A stretch of 64,000 nucleotides of DNA from Felis catus. Its lineage: Eukaryota. How positions within the stretch are numbered: position 1 is the first letter of the stretch; each line of letters opens with the position of its first letter. Positions 1 to 12,002 of the stretch are shown here, one piece after another. The notes below the pieces were generated by a model. The model ran no database searches, was not told where the DNA came from, and saw only the letters and a list, made by a program, of their open reading frames with translations. The position numbers were made by a program, and so were the translations under genes. The stretch is taken from assembly GCF_018350175.1 (NCBI RefSeq), contig NC_058383.1:744001-808000 (forward strand), read 5' to 3'.

Positions 1-286
1 GATCAGTCCGTAGATGACGGTGCTCTGTTCCATCTGCTGCTTGAGACCACAGCCTGGGTTCTCCTCGCGTCTTCCAGTGCAGCACTGAGCACGAGGACTG
101 TACCGAGACGGGGCGTTCTCTGCCGCCCGGGACAGCAGCCGCCAGCTGTGGGCTAGGCTACTGAGCACTTGAAATGTTCTTCGGGGACCGAGAAACTGGA
201 TTTTAATTCATTTAAGCCTAACAAACTTCAAACAGCCATGTTGGTTAGCAGCTACCAGGCTGGAAATTGCAATTCTAGAGTCTGGA

Positions 287-494
287 ATGGGGTTCAGCCA
301 ACTCTTTCTGTGAAAGACCACACGGTCGGTAGATCAGGCTTGGGAGGCCACGTGTGTGCCACAGCTGGTCCACTCGCTGTGGTGATGTCGCAGCGGCCCT
401 AGACGATAGTAAATGAGCAGGCGCAGCCGCGTCCCCCGCTGCCACTCAATTTACAGAAGGAGGCAGCACGCCACATGTGGCTCCTGGACCCCTG
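287..494 (+). mobile_element. MER58-like hAT DNA transposon remnant
   Basis: Resembles the MER58A consensus from memory: gggg..ccaactctttctgtgaaagacca ... tagacgatagtaaatg ... tttacagaa ... gacccctg. Confidence 0.55.
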
Positions 495-1114
495 GTCCGG
501 AAGAGTATGGTCACTTCTGCTCTATTAACCAGCACAGGAAGGTAGGCTTCAGAACACAGATGTAGTGAGGCCCCGTGATTCTGCGAAAATGCCTCGTGGC
601 CCCTTGTCACCTGCCACCCTGCTTCATGTCCCCTCATCTGACAGGGTTCCCACACTGGATGCATCATTAGGAAGAAAGGTATTTCTTGTTTATTTGTTGT
701 TGGCAAAATTACAGCAGGCTCACCTCAACAGCCAACAAGGAGTCGCGTGGAACTGATTTCCTAATACAGCACGAGCACAGAAAAGTAACCGGGAAGACCT
801 GGAACCTGGAAATGGGGCCTCACGGCGCATACTGTTGCTTCTCCTAAAACACAGCCTTTGCACTTTGATCTCAGTTTCCTTTCTGCCTTTAGAGTTTTGA
901 ATTTTCGTGAAGTTTTCGTTTGAATTTCGGTTAGTTACCGTGCAGCGTAACATTCTCAGGCGTACAGAGTAGTGATTCACGCTGCACACACCACCTGCTG
1001 CCCATCACAGCTGCGTCCTTTTCCCCGTTGCCTGTTTCCCCCTCCCCCCCCCCCCCCCCCCCCCCCCCGTGACCAGCCATGTGTTCCCTAGTTAGGAGTC
1101 TGTTTCGTAGTTTG

Positions 1115-1157
<43 letters not shown>

Positions 1158-1182
1158 GTTCATTTTTTTGTTTTGTTTTCTT

Positions 1183-1409
1183 TTTTTTTTTTTTTAATTT
1201 TTTTTTCAACGTTTATTTATTTTTGGGACAGAGAGAGACAGAGCATGAATGGGGGAGGGGCAGAGAGAGAGGGAGACACAGAATCGGAAACAGGCTCCAG
1301 GCTCTGAGCCATCAGCCCAGAGCCCGACGCGGGGCTCGAACCCACGGACCGCGAGATCGTGACCTGGCTGAAGTCGGACGCTTAACCGACTGCGCCACCC
1401 AGGCGCCCC
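1183..1409 (-). mobile_element. Young feline carnivore SINE (SINEC_Fc-type) nested in the L1
   Basis: tRNA-derived head ggggcgcctgggtggcgcagtcggttaagc, (CT)n and A tail; TSD tgttttgttttctt at 1169-1182 and 1410-1423. Confidence 0.95.
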
Positions 1410-2698
1410 TGTTTTGTTTTCTTAAATTCCACATGAGTGAAGTCATCTGGTATTTGTCTTTTTCTGACCGACTCACCTTCTTAGCATAATACTCCCTAGA
1501 TCTATCCGTGTGGTTGCAAAGGGCAAGATCTCGTTCTTTTTTAAGGCTGAATAATATTCCATTGCACAGATGCCACATCTTCTTGTCTGTTCATCAATCA
1601 GTGGACACTGGGGCTGCTTTACAGCTTGGCCGTCGTTGATTGCGCTGCTATAACGTGGGGGGCATGTGCCCCTTTGAATTAGTGTTCTTGTGCAATTACT
1701 GAATCGTAGAGTAAGTTCTATTTTTAATTTTTGAGGAACCTCCGTAGTGTTTTCCAGAGTGGCTGCCCCAGTTTGCATTCCCACCAACAGTGCGTGAGAG
1801 TTCCCCTTTCTCTATCCTCGCCAACACTGGCTGTTTCTTGTGTTGTTGATTTTAGCTGTTCTGTGAGGTGGTACCTCGTTGTAGTTTTGATGTGTAATTT
1901 CCCTGATGATCAGTGATGACGAGCACTTTCTCAAGTGTCTGTTGGCATCTGGATGTCGTCCTTGGAGAAGTGTCTGTTCATGTCTTCTGCCCCTTTTTTA
2001 ATTGGATTGTTTGGTTTTTAGGTGTTGAGTTGTATATTTTTTTTTTATATGTTTGGATATTCACCCTTTATCAGATATGTCATTTGCAAATATCTTCTCC
2101 CATTCCATAGGCTGGCTTTTAGTTTTGTTGATTGTTTCCTTCACTGTTTAGAAGCTTTTTATTTTGATATAGTCTCAATAGTTTATTTATTTCCATGGAC
2201 TCAGGAGACATATCTAGGAAAAAGTTGCTACGGACAGCCAATGTCAAAGAAGTTACTGCCTGTGTGCCTGTGTTCTACTGTAGGATTTTTAGGTCTTTAA
2301 TCCATTTTGAGTTTATTTTTATGCCTAGTGTAAGAAAGTGGTCCAGTTTCCCCAGCACCATTTGTTGAAGCGTCTTTTTCACACTGGATATTTTCTTCTG
2401 CTTCGTCGAGGATTAATCGACCATATAATCGTGGGTTCATTTTTGGGTTCTCTCTTCCGTTCTATTGACCTGCGTGTCTGTTTTTGTGCCAATCCCATAC
2501 TGCTGTGATCACTATAGCTTCGTAATACAGCTTGAGGTCCAGAATTGTGATGCCTCCAGCTTTGTTTTGGTTTTTCAAGATGGCTTTGGTTATTCGCGGT
2601 CTTTTGTGGTTCCATACAAATTTTAGGATTGTTTGTTCTAGCTCTGTGAAAAATACTGTTGGTATCTTGATAGGATTGCATTAACTGTGTAGATTGCT

Positions 2699-2800
2699 GG
2701 GGCCCCTGGCTGGCTCAGTCAGTGGAGTGTGCGACTCTTGATCTCGAGGTTGTGAGTTTGGGCTCTATGTTGGGTCTCAAGAATACTTAATAAAATCTTC
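2699..2800 (+). mobile_element. Short carnivore SINE nested in the L1
   Basis: ggggcccctggctggctcagtcagtggagtgtgcgactcttgatctc head; flanked by duplicated tgtagattg. Confidence 0.7.
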
Positions 2801-3834
2801 AATCTGTAGATTGGTTTGGGTAGTATGGACATTTCAACAATATTGGTTCTTTCAATCCATGAGCATGGAATGTCTTTGCATTTCTTTGTGTCCTTTTCAG
2901 TTTTTTTCGTTAATGTTTTATAGTTTTCAGATACAGGTCTTTTTTTACCTTCTTGGTTAGGTTTATTCCTGGGTGTCTTAGTATTTTGGTGCAATTGTAA
3001 ATGGGATAGTTTTCTTAATTTTTCTTTCTGCTGTTTCATTATTGGTGTATAGAAACGCAACACAGTCCTATACATTGAGTTTGTATCCTGCAACTTTCCT
3101 GAATTCATGTATCAGTTCCAGCAGGGTTTTTTTTTTGGTGGTGTCTTTCCGGTTTCCCATATATAGTATCATGTCATCTGCAAATAGTGAAAATTTTACT
3201 TCTTCTTTACTAATCTGGATACCTTTTATTCCTTTGTGTTGTCTGATTGCTGAGGCTAGGACTTCCGGTACCGTGTTGAACAACAGTGGTGAGGGTGGAC
3301 GTCCTTGTCTAGGTCCTGACCTTAGGGAAAAGCTCTCGGTTTTTTTCCCATGGAGTATGATGTTCCCTGGGGTTTTCATATATGGCCTTTATTATGTTGC
3401 GGTTTGTTCCTTCTATTTCCACTTTGTTGAGGGTTTTTATCACGAATGGATGTTGTACTTTGTCAAAAGTTTTTTCTGCATCTATTGAAATGATCATGTG
3501 GTTCTTACCTGTCCTTTTATTAATGGAATGTATCACGTTGATTGATTTTTGAATATTGAACCATGCTTGCAGCCCGGGAATCCTTCCTACTTGATTGTGG
3601 TGAGTGAGTTTTTTAATGTACTGCTAGATTTGGTTTGCTAATATTCTGTTGAGGACTTTTGCACCTGTGTGCATGAGGGATACTGGCCTATAGTTCTCTT
3701 TTTTTGTGTGGTATCACGGTGGTACTGGCTTCACAGAATGAATTTGGAAGTTTTCCTTCCTCTTCTACTTTTGGAATAGTTTGAGAACAGAGTTTAAAAT
3801 TTTTAAGATCAGACTTCTAATCAGAATCTTTGAA

Positions 3835-5075
3835 CCTGTTTTTGTGGAAATTAACAAAGTTACTCTAAGATCACATGGAAATACGGAGGACCTAGGGCAG
3901 CCAGAACGTTGACAACGGAGAGCAAAGTTGAAAGGCTAACGCTTCCTTTTCCAGAACAATCTGCAGAGTGAGAGCACAGAACTCCAGACTGCATGGGGCC
4001 AACCCACAGGTTGGGGGGGGGGGTGGTGAACAGGGCAGGGGTCACTTGTCCACAAGTAGACACCCACGCATGTGGACGGCTGATCTTTGACGGGTTCCGT
4101 GACAATTTGGCGGAGAAAGGATGGTCTTTCAGCGTTGGTGCTGGAAGAATTGGATTTGCACATAATTGGGTATGAATTTGGGTCCATTCCTCATATGATT
4201 TTCAAAAATTAACCTGAATTGCATCCTGGACCTAAATGTAGCACCTAAGCCTGTAAACCTCTGTGAGCGGGGGTTGGGGCATTCTCTCGCACATCGTGGG
4301 GAGCGTCGTGGGTGGAAGGGGAGCCAATGAAGTGGGCTTCACCAGACTGATGACCTGTGCTCCGTGGAAGACGTTGTTGACAGAGTGAAGCAACAGCCAC
4401 AGACGGAAAAGATTTGCAAATTACAGATTGAAGGGCTGCATTCAGAATACAGAAACAACGCTCAGAACTCGATGATACAAGAACAGATTTTTTAGTGGGC
4501 AGATTTTGTAGAGCGCCTCACCACGGAAGATACAAACAACCTCGCGAGAAGCTGCTCCGCGTCCTTAGGAAGCAACAGGAACCACAGCAGGCTCCACACA
4601 CGCTCTAAGTGGCTGTCGTTGAGCACTGGCCCCCCACACGCCCAGGAGGCAGGATGCGAAGCGGCGCGGCCACTTTGGAAGGGGTGAGGCCGCTGCCCGT
4701 TCGGTGAAGTATTGTCGTGGAAGCGGCCGCTGCGTCCACGCAACCTTCTTGGCCACAGCCAGCCCGGGAAGCAGCCCGAGGTCCCGGCAGGTGACGGACA
4801 GGCAGAGGGATGAAGGCATACGGCCACACGGATGGGGGGAGGGGGCCGGGAGCCGGCGAAGCCGGTGTGAGCCGCACGGTCCCGCTTAGAGACGGCCTGT
4901 GTGCAGCGACGGGAAGCGGAGTGGGGAGCCTGGGAGCACCACAGGGGTGCTGGAAGCTTTGGGGCGACGGGTAGCTGCATCCTGCTTGCAGCACTGGTGC
5001 GGAGGTGTATCCGTGTGTCAGAACACATCGGGTTAGGCACGCAGTGCACTTGGTTGTGTGTCACTTAGACCTCAG
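3835..5075 (+). mobile_element. Ancient L1M-type fragment (ORF2 end/3' UTR), GC-shifted
   Basis: Degenerate L1 landmarks: gaaattaacaaagttactctaagatcacatggaa, atggtctttcagc..ggtgctgga, gacctaaatgta..acctaag, gccactttggaa. Confidence 0.65.
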
Positions 5076-5271
5076 TCGCCATACAAAACTTTTAAGCCAA
5101 GTGAGGCCACGTGGCTCCATCTCCGTCCTCAGAGTCAGCCTGCGTTTTTAAGATCTCGAAATGAAATGGGACTTGCAGGCGCACCTCAAACAAGGGATGT
5201 GTGACGAATGACCTTCCCTAGGAGTTGTGAGACGTGCTTTGTGAATTGCAGTTTGTGTTTTCCACCTGCAG

Positions 5272-5504
5272 ACAACCGCCCCGGGTTGGGCTGTCGGGAG
5301 CTCGTCTTCAGAAACCTCTCCAAGATCCTTCCCGCCATCTGTCATGATGTCACTGACTGGGTGGCGGGGACCAGGGTGAAGGCCGCGCAGCTGCTGGCCG
5401 TGCTGCTGCTGCACGCCGAGGACCACGTCACGCAGCACCTGGAGGTCATCCTGCGAACCCTGCACCGGGCCTGTGCCGACGACGACAGGGCCGTGGTCCG
5501 CAGC
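5272..5504 (+). CDS. DNAAF5: DNAAF5 (HEATR2) coding exon 5, 233 nt
   Basis: Acceptor tccacctgcag| and donor AGC|gtgagt. Encodes (D)[77 protein letters not shown], recognisable as the DNAAF5 HEAT-repeat region. Phase 1 to 0. Confidence 0.96.
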
Positions 5505-6360
5505 GTGAGTTGCCTCTAACGGTCACGGAAGCTGTGGCTACGGGTTGTGGACTTCCCCCTGGTTAGGTCGCGGGTCTGTGGGTTTTACCAAACGGGAGGG
5601 CCAAGATAACGTTCGCATCGCCTAAGATCCCCTGGGGTCTTGGCAGCCGCACCCTCGCTCACAGCCCCTGCACAACCCATGTCTGGTTTCTGGTCCCGCG
5701 GAGGGGGGACACGTAGGGTCCCTCTTCAGCAGGCTCCAGCCTGCCGCTCCCCACAGCTGCGCTCCCAGCATGTGCAGGCGACGGCTCTGGATGCATCGAT
5801 CCCACCAGTGAGCCGGGGACACCATCCACGGGCTTGTTCCTGAGAGTCTAGCTTGGGCAGGAGGGCGCCTCCCTGGCCCTGATGGCCGTCACACCCACGG
5901 GCTCTGCAGGGAAAGCCAGGCAGGGGTGCGGCCCGGCGTGTGACGGCTGGCGGTTAGCGCCACCCCGTGTGCAGCCAGTCGAGCCTCGGGTTTACTTCCC
6001 TTGTCCTGATTGGCCCACCTTGCCAAGCCACAGCCCACGTGGACCTCACTTCCGACGTATGTGGGCCTGCAACAGTGACCTGACAGTCTGGTGGTCGTCC
6101 CATTCTGTCACCAGGGGATACTGTGTAGATGGGATCGTGCAGTGTGCCCTTTAGAGGTCGGCTTTTTTCACTCCTCCCGATGCCCTAGGGCCCGCTGTCC
6201 TGACTGCCCAGTGGCACCCATGGCACGGTGGTGCCAGCGAGCGGCTGTTTGTTCGAAGCAAGCTTGGGTCACCGGCAGCAGCCAAGGCTTGTGGGACCCG
6301 GTGGGCACTAACTGTGGCACACATGCCGGGCACAGACCTCCCTGTCTGTGCTGGGCCTGG

Positions 6361-6450
6361 AGGCCTGCAGGGAGCCGCGGGAGGGCCGGGAGGCCTGCAG
6401 GGAGCCGCGGGGGGGCCGGGAGGCCTGCAGGGAGCCGCGGGAGGGCCGGG
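6361..6450. repeat. 30-bp tandem repeat x3
   Basis: aggcctgcagggagccgcggg(a/g)gggccggg three times, ending 33 nt before exon 6. Confidence 0.95.
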
Positions 6451-6483
6451 AGCAGCCCGCCAGAGGCTCTTCTCCTCGCACAG

Positions 6484-6696
6484 TGCACCCGATCTGCCGA
6501 GCTGGTCGGGGCGTTCGTCAGCCCGGAGGTGTTTCTGAAGCTGGTTCTGCCCGCGCTGAAGAAGTCGCCCTCCCCCTCGGGCCTCCTGATCCTTGCGTCC
6601 ATCGTCAGAGGCTGCCCTAGGGAGGCCCTCCGGCCGCACCTGACGCTCATCGCTACGGAGCTGGCCCGGCCCCACATCTGTCAAGGCTCTGAAAAT
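6484..6696 (+). CDS. DNAAF5: DNAAF5 exon 6, 213 nt
   Basis: ctcctcgcacag| ... GAAAAT|gtaagt. Encodes [71 protein letters not shown]. Phase 0 to 0. Confidence 0.96.
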
Positions 6697-6764
6697 GTAA
6701 GTTGTAGGAAGGGAGGCGGGTGGAGCGCGTCGTGAGGGGTGGACAGCGCCCCCTGCCGACACTG

Positions 6765-8292
6765 TCCACGCATCGCCGCGGACGGCTATTAGATCCGGTT
6801 CCGGAAGCAGTGCCGCGGCTGGTTATAACGTCACGGCCGGGATGCATCCCCGCAGATGGTTATGACGTCAGGTTCCAGGACGCACCGCCATGGGGGGGTT
6901 ACTGTGTCAGGTGCCAGGACGCACCACCGCGGATGGTTTCTGCGTCAGGTCCCGGATGTACTGCCGCGGATGGTTATTGCGTCATGCTTTAGAACACACT
7001 GCCCAGATTATTACGTGGGGGCCGGACGCACCGCTGCGGATGGTTATCATGTGAGGTGCCGGCACGCACCGCCGCGGATGGTTATGACCTTAGGGACGGT
7101 TATGACCTTAGGGACGGGCGCACCCCCGCGGACGGTCATCAGACGACGTCCTAGCACGCACCGCCGCGGGTGGTTCCTGCGTCAGGTCCCGGATGCACTG
7201 CTGCGGATGGTTATGATGTCAGGACCGAGATGCAGCGCCTCAGGTGGTTATTGCGTTAAGTCCCAGCACAGACCGCCGCGGCTAGTTTATTACGTCAGGT
7301 CTCGGGCGCACTGCCGCGGGTGGTTATTATGTCAGGGGCCGGATGTACTGTCGCAGATGGTTGTTGCGTCAGGTCTCAGCACACACCATCGCAGATGATT
7401 ATTACGTCAGGGCCGGAAGCACAGCTGTGGGTGGTTACCATGTGAGGTTCCGGCACGCACGCCGCAGATGGCTATGACGTCAGGTCCGGACGCATCCCCG
7501 CGGATGGTTATCAGATTAGGCCCGCGGATGGTTATCAGATTAGGCCCTCGGCACGCTCCGCCGCGGATGGTTATCAGATAGGTTCCCAACACGCATCGCC
7601 GCGCAGATCGTTATGATGTCAGGTCCCGGATGTACTGCCACGAATGGTTATAGCCGGGCCGGACGCACCGCCGCGGATGGTTATCAGATGAGCTCTCACC
7701 ACGCACCGCCGCGGATGGTTATGACGTCAGGGCCGGACGTACCGCCGCGGGTGGTTGTCAATTGAGGTCTCGGCACGCACCACCACGGGTGGTTATTGTA
7801 TCAGGTGCCGTCACGAATCCCTATGGATGGTTATCAGATGAGGTACCGGAAACACCGTCACAGATGGTTATCAGATGAGGTCCCAGCACGTATCGCCGCG
7901 GATGGTTATGACGTCAGGTCCCGGATGTACTGCCACGAATGGTTACAGCCAGGCCGGACGCACCGCCGCGGATGGTTATCAGATGAGCTCTCAGCACGCA
8001 CCGCCGCGGATGGTTATGACGTCAGGGCCGGACGTACCGCCGCGGATGGTTATCAATTGAGGTTCTGGCACGCACCACCACGGGTGGTTATTGCATCAGG
8101 TGCCGTGACGCAACCCCGCGGATGGGTATCAGATGAGGTCCCAGCACGCATCGCCGGTTATGACGATGGTTATGACGTCAGGTCCCGGATGTACTGCCAC
8201 GAATGGTTATAGCCGGGCCGGACGCACCGCCGCAGATTGTTATCAGATGAGGTCCCGGCATGCACTGCTGCGGATGGTTATGACGTCAGGTT
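6765..8292. repeat. CpG-rich ~36-39 bp satellite/minisatellite in DNAAF5 intron 6
   Basis: Recurring unit approx. gcaccgccgcggatggttatgacgtcaggtcccgga, roughly 40 diverged copies. Confidence 0.92.
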
Positions 8293-8418
8293 CCAGCCGT
8301 CAGACGCTTCCGCCTGACAGTGGCAGCCAGGGTCTGGGGACTCTTGTGCCCACTGTCACGTTCCGCTCTGTCCAGTCGGTAGCCTGTTATGGTAAAACTA
8401 AACACGTTGTGGGGGGAG

Positions 8419-8622
8419 GGGGGTACGTGGGTGGCTCGGTTGGTCGGGCGGCTGACTTCCGCCCAGGTCACGATCTCGAGGTTCGTGGGTTCAGGCCCCA
8501 CGTCAGGCTCTGTGCTGACGGCTCGGAGCCTGGATCCTGCCATGGATTCTGCATCTCCCTCTCTTTCCCGCCTCCCCCATTTTCACTCTTCCTCCTTTTC
8601 TCGAAAATAAACGTTTTTAAAA
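8419..8622 (+). mobile_element. Carnivore SINE
   Basis: Head gggtggctcggttgg...ggctctgtgctgac...gagcctgga, aataaa tail. Confidence 0.85.
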
Positions 8623-9463
8623 AGACATGTTGAAAGTGCACGCTGGCCTCCTCCCATCTACCCAGAGGCCTCTGGGGGGGGGGGGGGCAGCACGGAGCGG
8701 GACACGTCCACGCCGGGGACGGCCGCGGGGCCAGGCATGGGGGCACCTCCCCCCGCCCCGCCGTGGCCCGCAGCCCGTCCCCAGGAGCCGGGGCGTTGCT
8801 CGCGTCCCTGGATGTTTTACTAACGCGCTGGGAAGCAGTGACGGCGTCCGCTCCCTCTGCTCCCGACGCGGTCTGGGCGCTCGGGCCTAGCCGTGTGGAA
8901 TGATTCGTAATCGTTTCCCGTTGAGAAAAAATGAGGACTTTGTGTGCGGCGGTGACAGGCTTTCAGCCCTGTGTCCCCAGCCCTGGGTGCTGCCCTCCCT
9001 CTCCTCTGTGTGGACAAGGGCCTGGCCGGCCTGGGGACCCCGCTCGGGGCGCTCGGGGGGGTTGGGGCCCGGCCACGCCTTCCGCACGGCCACCAGGGTG
9101 CTCTGCGCGGGCTCATCTGGTCCTCGCGGCCCCTTCCCCGCCTCGCTCCCAGGTGACAAGGTGGTCTGGGCTCAGACAAACATCCACGTGCAAGGCCGTC
9201 TAAACGGAGGGAGCGGGGCTGTGTCGGCGGGAGGTGGCCGTGAGCTGCTCCACCGGCTTTTGGTGCTTCTAGGACGATTCACCTCTTCCCAAACCTGGTT
9301 TTCACAGAGTCAGCAAATCCACGTGAATTGTGCACGTGTTTGCAGGCGGGTCTGGAAACGGTTCTGACTCCTCTATAGATGTGTGAGCCAGAAGCTTTTC
9401 TCCTTCCAGAAAATTAAGTTTGAGAAGGAGCATAGATGTTTATTTTTCTGTTTTTCGTTAGCG

Positions 9464-9614
9464 TTTTATTTATCTGTTTTGAGAGCGAGAAAGAGGGCGT
9501 GCATGAGCGAGGGGCGGAGAGAGGGTGCAGAGCCCAGTGCGGGGCTCGGGGTCACCGACCTCGAGACCGGAGCGAAGTCGGACCCTCAACCAACCGAGCC
9601 CCCCAGGCGCCCCC
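9464..9614 (-). mobile_element. Carnivore SINE (degenerate)
   Basis: Ends aaccgagcccccccaggcgcccc; T-rich tail upstream. Confidence 0.75.
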
Positions 9615-10551
9615 GCACAGGTGTTCAAACACAGATCTTCCACGTTTTACGGCAGGGAAGATACGACCTTCACGCCTCAGTGTCGTCCACGGGAAAACCA
9701 GTCCCTTAACCCACGCGGATTGGATTAAGCGTCCAGCTTTTTCGAGGAGGCGTTTCTGCAATGACGTTTGTACACAGATGCCTCGCGGAGGAAGTGCCGT
9801 GGCGCCGAGTGTCCCTCTGGACGCGCTCCAGCCGCAGGGGAGACCCAGCCGCCTTCCTCCCCTTCGCTCGTGGACGCAGCCCTGTCGCCCCCAGCCCCAG
9901 GCGGGGAGGGTCTCGTGCTCCTGTGGTGACCCAGGACACACGGCACGTGCTTCCCGCAGACGTCCCCAGGCGGCTGTTTCCCGAGAGCCAGCCGAGGGGT
10001 GGACACGATCGTGTCCGTCCAGGAGTGGGGCCTGGGGGGGGAGGGGGGGGAGGGTGAGTCGGAGGACCCGCGGCAGGTGCGTGGTCTGGCCGGGGCCGGG
10101 CCCGGGCCCAGGGATCGGATCCTTCCGTTTGAAATGTTTGCTTTGTGACAGGAGCTCCAGGTGAGGAAATTGTCTGATGGCATAAAGAGAAGTCAGCGGT
10201 CTGTTGGACCAGCGGAGACCCGGGGTGCGGGGGCGTCGTGCCGTTACCGAAACGTCAGCCCCGGGCACTTTCTCGCAGTAAAGTCGGAGGCCTCAGGTGA
10301 CACCTTCAGGAGCAGAGGCTAAAACATGACTTTGGGTGTCCGTGTGCGGCCTGCGCCCTTTCCGCCTCTGGGGGGCAGGTAGGTGGGGACCGTTCTCCGA
10401 CGGCGCCCCTGGGAACGTGACTCCTCACTGGCACGGGAGTCGCAGCCTCAAGACCACCCAGAATGGAACAGCTCGCGCCTCCAGAAGGGAGCTTCCTCCT
10501 CCCGGAATCGCTCCCGAAGCATCTGGTCCAGGTCACTTCAGAAGTTAGCTG

Positions 10552-10755
10552 AGGGCGGCCTGCGGGGCTCAGTCGGGTAGACGCCCGACTCTTGATTTCA
10601 GCTCAGGTTCAGGGGGTCGAGCCCCGAGTCAGGCTCTGCGCGACAACACAGAACTTGCTTGGGATTCTCGCTCGCTCGCTCTCTCTGCTCCTCCCCTGTC
10701 TCGCACGCGCTGTCTCTCGCTGTCTCCCTTGGTGAATATTTACAACGAAAAAATT
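10552..10755 (+). mobile_element. Carnivore SINE (older)
   Basis: ggctcagtcgggtagacgcccgactcttgatttcagctcagg...cttgggattctc. Confidence 0.75.
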
Positions 10756-11858
10756 CGCTGAACTCACGTGCTCAGAAACTCATTTACTCTCAGTCCAGGA
10801 CCAGAGGAATTGGGCTGTAGGGCACGTGAGGATTTGAGCAAAGTCACCCGCCTGGCTTCTCGGGGTAGCTGGACGCCCAGCCCTCAAGGCCTCGTCCTGT
10901 CCTGCTCCCGAGCCGCGTGCACAGATCACACTCCTCTGTGATCCCGTGTGAGATCTGTTTAAACTTTGGTGGCTTACGTCACTTGTGCATGAGCCCCAGG
11001 GCCCCAGAAGGGACTCTGGACCCACCCCCGCCAGCGGCACGGTGAGCACGCTTCCGTGTTCTGTGCGCTGCTCCGTGACCGCGACCCTGTCCTTCCTGCC
11101 CCTCGTGAAATGCGTGAAGCAGACGTGTGGAGGGACGCACTAGAAGCACACGTGGACACTCGCTCCTGGCCCACAGATGACGAGGCTGGGAGGCCAGGAG
11201 GGGAGCGGCTGGACGGACCAGCGGAGGCATCCCCTTGTCTCCCCGGCCACCAGGAAGCACTTCCTGAGCCACGGAATTTCTTTCTTTTTATTAAAACGGT
11301 AGCATGGGAAGACTCGGAAACACACAGCAGCAGAAGAGCAGAATGAACCCTGTGCGCCCCCACACAGCCTCAGCGGCCGTGGGCTCAGACTCTGCTGTGT
11401 GTCCACCTCCCTCCGCTGTTTCTCTTACCTTTGGGGGCAGGTTGGTGGGGGCTGGGTGTTTGCAAGCAGATCCGTTTCCCTTGTGAATTCTAGGGGATGT
11501 GTTGCTGACGCATGAGAACTTCTTTAAGCGTAACTCAGAGACCGTTAAGCGTTTCTTTCCGGGGCTGTGTTCAGTTTCCCCTGGAAAAGAACGCCATAAA
11601 GTTTTCCCGTCGAGGAATGCCCTCCTTATGGTCCGTGTGTTCTAATCTGCGGCCAGAGTGTGCTGTGTCCTGTGGCTGGGTGCTGGGCAGGGGGAGACAG
11701 GAGCTGGAGGGGGCAGAAGGGGAGGGGGCTGGGGGGCAGAAGGGCAGCGGGGAGGGAACCGGGGCTGGGGGTGCAGGGGGGCCCTGGGGGCGCGGCAGGG
11801 GGCAGGAGCACACAGGCCGGGGGAGAGCTGGCTCAGGTGCTCCCTGCTCTCCTGGCAG

Positions 11859-12002
11859 CACCTTTACGGGGAGCACCTGCTGCTGTGCGTGCGGACTCTG
11901 GTCTCCGTGTGCCGCGAAGACTGCGGACAGTGCAGCTTACAGCTCTTGGAGGTGCTGGTGACCATAGAGGCGCTCTGGGGTGCCACAGGCCTCGGCGACA
12001 AG
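11859..12002 (+). CDS. DNAAF5: DNAAF5 exon 7, 144 nt
   Basis: ctctcctggcag| ... GACAAG|gtgagg. Encodes [48 protein letters not shown]. Phase 0 to 0. Confidence 0.94.

Larger units (their letters stand above)
905..3790 (-). mobile_element. 5'-truncated carnivore L1 (ORF2 3' half plus 3' UTR), antisense in intron 4
   Basis: Minus-strand ORF fragments contain L1 RT motifs ([64 protein letters not shown]); frameshifted; G-rich 3' UTR tract appears as poly-C 1037-1068. Confidence 0.92.

Noticed and set aside
2379..3536. Reverse-transcriptase ORFs as an active retroelement
   Set aside because: Frameshifted, 5'-truncated L1 ORF2 interrupted by a SINE; dead copy.
6765..8292. CRISPR-like repeat-spacer reading of the 36-39 bp array
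   Set aside because: The variable parts are diverged copies of one another rather than unique spacers, the context is a mammalian intron, and no cas genes are present.
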